Shown one piece after another: positions 60,731 through 64,000 of a stretch of 64,000 nucleotides of DNA. The translations under genes were made by a program, and so were the position numbers. Each line of letters starts with the position of its first letter. The first letter of the stretch is position 1. The notes below the pieces were generated by a model that did not search any database, was not told the origin of the DNA, and saw nothing but the letters and a program-made list of their open reading frames with translations. This DNA is from an uncultured delta proteobacterium (GTDB taxonomy: Bacteria > Desulfobacterota > Binatia > UBA9968), in the NCBI GenBank assembly GCA_963840855.1, contig CAWJBB010000080.1:1-64000 (forward strand). The letters run 5' to 3'.

Positions 60731-61858
60731 TCACAGCTGGTATAGACTCGCGGCGTTTTTCCACAGCACCTGGGCGCGCGCCTGAGCGGAAACCCCGTGC
60801 AAGCAGCGCTCGACGGTTTCCTGTGTCCTTGGCCAAGTCGACGTCGCCAAAGGAAAATTTGCAGCCCACAGAATATGATCTGCACCGATGTAATCGGCGA
60901 ATGGCGCGACTTTGTCATACCACGAAGTATAAAAACACTGCCGGTGAAACATCTCCGAAGGTTTCAACTCATAGCCTTCCCGCGCAAGTCCGTCGTGTTC
61001 AAACTGATGGTCGGCCCACTCCAGGTAGAGCATCCCCCAGCTCAGCGCGCTTTCCGCCAGCACTAGGCGAAGCTTTGGATGGCGCAAGAGCACGCGCGAG
61101 AAGGAATAAAGCGAGATGACGAACACGCTTGAAACCGGTTTGGTCGCCGCATCCATCGCGCGAGCCAACGCTGGCGCTAAATGTGGCGACGCATGATACT
61201 GCAATTGCGGCGAGGCTCCAGCATGTAAACAGACGGGAACGTTCAGCTCTTCGCATACCGACCAGACCGGATCGTACTCCGGCCCGCTGACATGCGGTAC
61301 ATCACGCAAGTGCATGGGCAATGACGGAAACACTACTCCCCGATGCCCTATTGCGACGGCGCGCTCGATCTCAGCAGTGGCCGCCTCGATCGGCCAGATT
61401 GGCACGATGCACTGCGGGACAAAGCGATCACTGGCGGCAGCCCATTCCTCGATGAGCCAATCGTTGTAGGCCTGCACGCAGGCGAGCTCAAGATTCGGGT
61501 CGCGCAGCCGCCCGAACACCTCTCCGGCTAGACCAGCCACCGTAGGGTAGAGCACCGAATAGTCGATCCCCGCCGCATCCATCGCCTTGAGCCGTTCGGA
61601 TGGCACGTAGGCCGCCGGAGGAACATCTTGCCAACGGCTCGGCTCATGGTTCCGATCAGCCATCAGCGCGCCAGCCAGGGCGGCGCTGCCGTCGAGGAGC
61701 ACTTGGTTGTCAACCACCCAACGTTCGCTGCCGTCGGCTATCCGCTCGAGATGCGGAACGCGCTCGCCCCCGTGGATTTTGGACAACCGTTGGGTCCATA
61801 AATTCGGCGGCTCTTGTACATGATCGTCGACACTGATCAAACCGTATTTCAACTGCAT
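60731..61858 (-). CDS. Amidohydrolase_2 family protein with degenerate C-terminal motif
   Basis: SVDDHV.EP, AYNDWL, CLHAG, AES; WAANFPL in place of SDxPH. Confidence 0.88.
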   Translation of the reverse strand: MQLKYGLISVDDHVQEPPNLWTQRLSKIHGGERVPHLERIADGSERWVVDNQVLLDGSAALAGALMADRNHEPSRWQDVPPAAYVPSERLKAMDAAGIDYSVLYPTVAGLAGEVFGRLRDPNLELACVQAYNDWLIEEWAAASDRFVPQCIVPIWPIEAATAEIERAVAIGHRGVVFPSLPMHLRDVPHVSGPEYDPVWSVCEELNVPVCLHAGASPQLQYHASPHLAPALARAMDAATKPVSSVFVISLYSFSRVLLRHPKLRLVLAESALSWGMLYLEWADHQFEHDGLAREGYELKPSEMFHRQCFYTSWYDKVAPFADYIGADHILWAANFPLATSTWPRTQETVERCLHGVSAQARAQVLWKNAASLYQL

Positions 61859-63033
61859 GAAAGATGATTTTCCCTTTTATTATTTTTCACCGCCGCCTTG
61901 GCGTCGATCCGGTAGACGCGCAGCGCATTCTCGAAAAGCATCTTGCGGCGATCCTCTTCTGGCACGCCCTCGAGCACGCGCTCCACTTCCTGCCAGGAGC
62001 GGGGATAGTATGAAGCCACGTGCGGGAAGTCGGACTCCCACATAATGTTGTCGATGCCGATGTCGTGCCTGAGCTTGATGCCTTCCGCTTCGAACCAAAA
62101 GTTCACGTACATTTGACGGCGTACGGTCTCGCTCGGACGGGTGTGAATGCCCTCGGTCCATAGGTGGCGGCTCTCCCACTCGTGATCACACGCGGCGATC
62201 ACGTAATTGAGGCCGCCCACTCCGGCCTCAGGAAACACGCATTTCAGACCTGGAAAGCGTTCTGTAATCCCTGAGAATAGGAGTTGAGGAATGATCTGCG
62301 CCGGTGTGACCGCGGATGTCGCGGTCTGTGCCGAGTGGGCCTGCCTGTGCGTATAGCCACTCCATTTGCGCACCGAGGCGCCGGCGTTGAGCCCCGCCGA
62401 ACCGTGAAAGTGAATCGGCAGTCCCACCTCTTGGCAGATCCCCCAGATGGGGTACCAATAGGGATCGGTGATGTGCGGCAGCCGCTCGGGCATCTCACCG
62501 AGGACGTTGACGCCACGGTGGCCGCTCGTCGCCGCGCGTTCGACTTCGCGCTTGATGACCTGGGGGTCACTGAGATAGGGCAAAATGGCGAGCGGCCAGT
62601 AACGATCACTGGCGCGGGTCCACTCGCTGAGCGCGTCGTTATAAGCGCGCACTGCGTCCAATTCGAAATCGGGATCACCGAACTCAAAGAAGGTGCCACC
62701 CGGAGGATTCGGGAAAAGCACTTCTGCATCAACACCGTCGGCATCCAAGCACTTTAGGCGCTCCAGCGGGTCATAGGAGGCCTTTGGCACTTCGTCCCAG
62801 CGCTTGGGATAGGTAGGAAACGGTTCACCCATCAGGGCCGGGCAATTGGCCACGTCATTGCGGCGCGGCACGCCATAGACAGACCAACGATCGATGCGAC
62901 GGCCTTTCTCCTCCACTTCAACCACGCATGGGATGCGATCGCCCCACTTGGCGGCGGACATTCGGCGCAGAAAATCACTTCGGTCGAAGCCCGCGTGAGA
63001 ATCGGCGCTGATTAGACCAAACTTAACTTCCAT
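61849..63033 (-). CDS. Amidohydrolase_2 family protein
   Basis: SADSH, AYND, IHFH, PEAG, WESDFPH, ENA.RVY. Confidence 0.9.
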   Translation of the reverse strand: MEVKFGLISADSHAGFDRSDFLRRMSAAKWGDRIPCVVEVEEKGRRIDRWSVYGVPRRNDVANCPALMGEPFPTYPKRWDEVPKASYDPLERLKCLDADGVDAEVLFPNPPGGTFFEFGDPDFELDAVRAYNDALSEWTRASDRYWPLAILPYLSDPQVIKREVERAATSGHRGVNVLGEMPERLPHITDPYWYPIWGICQEVGLPIHFHGSAGLNAGASVRKWSGYTHRQAHSAQTATSAVTPAQIIPQLLFSGITERFPGLKCVFPEAGVGGLNYVIAACDHEWESRHLWTEGIHTRPSETVRRQMYVNFWFEAEGIKLRHDIGIDNIMWESDFPHVASYYPRSWQEVERVLEGVPEEDRRKMLFENALRVYRIDAKAAVKNNKRENHLSCS

Positions 63034-63097
63034 TTATCCTCCATTGATTTTGTCATTGAAAGCAGGCGACGACACTCACGAGCATGCTTGGCCGCCG

Positions 63098-63150
63098 TTG
63101 GAAACCCCATAATAATAATGTTGTTCCGCCTCAAGAGGCGAGGTTTACAT
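63098..63150. repeat. REP-like dispersed repeat, copy 2
   Basis: TTGGAAACCCCAT...ATGTTGTTCCGCCTCAAGAGGCGAGGTTTACAT, nearly identical to 56840-56887. Confidence 0.75.
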
Positions 63151-63159
63151 GGAATTTCG

Positions 63160-64000
63160 CTACTTGGCCGTGCAAAACGGGTGATAGCGGCCCATTTTGC
63201 AGGTTGCACCGTATTTTGCCAAAGAAGCCTCGAAATCAGCGTGGATTTGCGGATCCTCGTCTTCATACTCGATCTGATCTCCGCCTTCTTTCACGCTCTT
63301 GTAGACATAGGCCTTGCCACCTGCCTTGGGTTTGTCGCTGCCCCAACCTATGGCAAGAAAAAACACCGGCTCGGCTCCGCCATTGAAGTGTTGATGAAAC
63401 CACATTTCCGGCGGCACGAACATGCTGCCCGGTCGCCAATCAATACGCTCCACGCTCTTTCCCTCTTGCCACATCAGCGAATAACCGGTGCCGCGAATCA
63501 TAACTATATGAATGCCCGGACCATGACGGTGCGCTTTTTTGTAAGAACCTATTTCCCAACTCGAAACATGAGACTTGACCGTGTTGTTCACCATCCGGAA
63601 AACCGTGCTCTTGGCGCCGCCGCCGCGATTGAAGCCTCCTGAGAAAGTCTGGCATGCGCGCACGTCGGCAACGAAATTGGTCGTCCACTGCTGCGCGGGG
63701 TCGGACTGTTTGAAATAGCCGTCTTCACCGTTAAAACGATCGCGAAATGTGAAATCATTCGCGAAAACGAATTCCATGTTGTTAAACGTGTCGATCACCC
63801 TCGGCGCGCTGGTCATCGCGACGTACCTCACGGACTCAGTTCCCGAAGCGTTGAAGTGTTCGTGCCACGCATTCATGGGGAGCGAATAGTAACTGCCCTC
63901 TTGCCATTCGAAAGTTTCCTTTTTGTCGGGGTAAATCCAAACGGACGTCGCCCCCCTTCCCTTGAGGATATAGATGGTTTCTTCATACAAGTGGCGATGG
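63160..64000 (-). CDS. Bicupin protein (5' partial)
   Basis: HRHLYEE...WHEHFN and KKAHRHGPG...WFHQHFN; frame open to the window edge. Confidence 0.85.
   Translation of the reverse strand, partial: HRHLYEETIYILKGRGATSVWIYPDKKETFEWQEGSYYSLPMNAWHEHFNASGTESVRYVAMTSAPRVIDTFNNMEFVFANDFTFRDRFNGEDGYFKQSDPAQQWTTNFVADVRACQTFSGGFNRGGGAKSTVFRMVNNTVKSHVSSWEIGSYKKAHRHGPGIHIVMIRGTGYSLMWQEGKSVERIDWRPGSMFVPPEMWFHQHFNGGAEPVFFLAIGWGSDKPKAGGKAYVYKSVKEGGDQIEYEDEDPQIHADFEASLAKYGATCKMGRYHPFCTAK

Overview
A GC-rich (roughly 55-60% by eye) bacterial chromosomal segment. The many orphan solute-binding proteins, TctC/Bug proteins, amidohydrolase_2 enzymes and cupins suggest Candidatus Binatia (Desulfobacterota_B); this is inference from gene content only. 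Housekeeping genes are thrC-metB, uvrB-uvrC-comEC, rnhB-yraN-serS and gatCAB. Accessory genes include transport and catabolic genes, a MacAB-like exporter, an EgtD-like methyltransferase head-to-head with a betaine/ergothioneine-type ABC importer, and a c-di-GMP signalling cluster (DUF4388, HAMP-only protein, CpaE/TadZ, REC-GGDEF, GGDEF-EAL) preceded by sigma54-like promoters. The most striking non-coding signal is a family of about 13 intergenic micro-arrays on one hexamer, GTTCAA/TTGAAC. They have 9-bp or 7-bp period and, where both orientations occur, a consistent (GTTCAA)n...(TTGAAC)m polarity; two form long hairpins inside operons. A second REP-like repeat occurs twice in the last 8 kb. 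Several genes between 13.6 and 28.2 kb are frameshifted (sequencing error or decay). I saw no tRNA, rRNA, CRISPR array or transposase.
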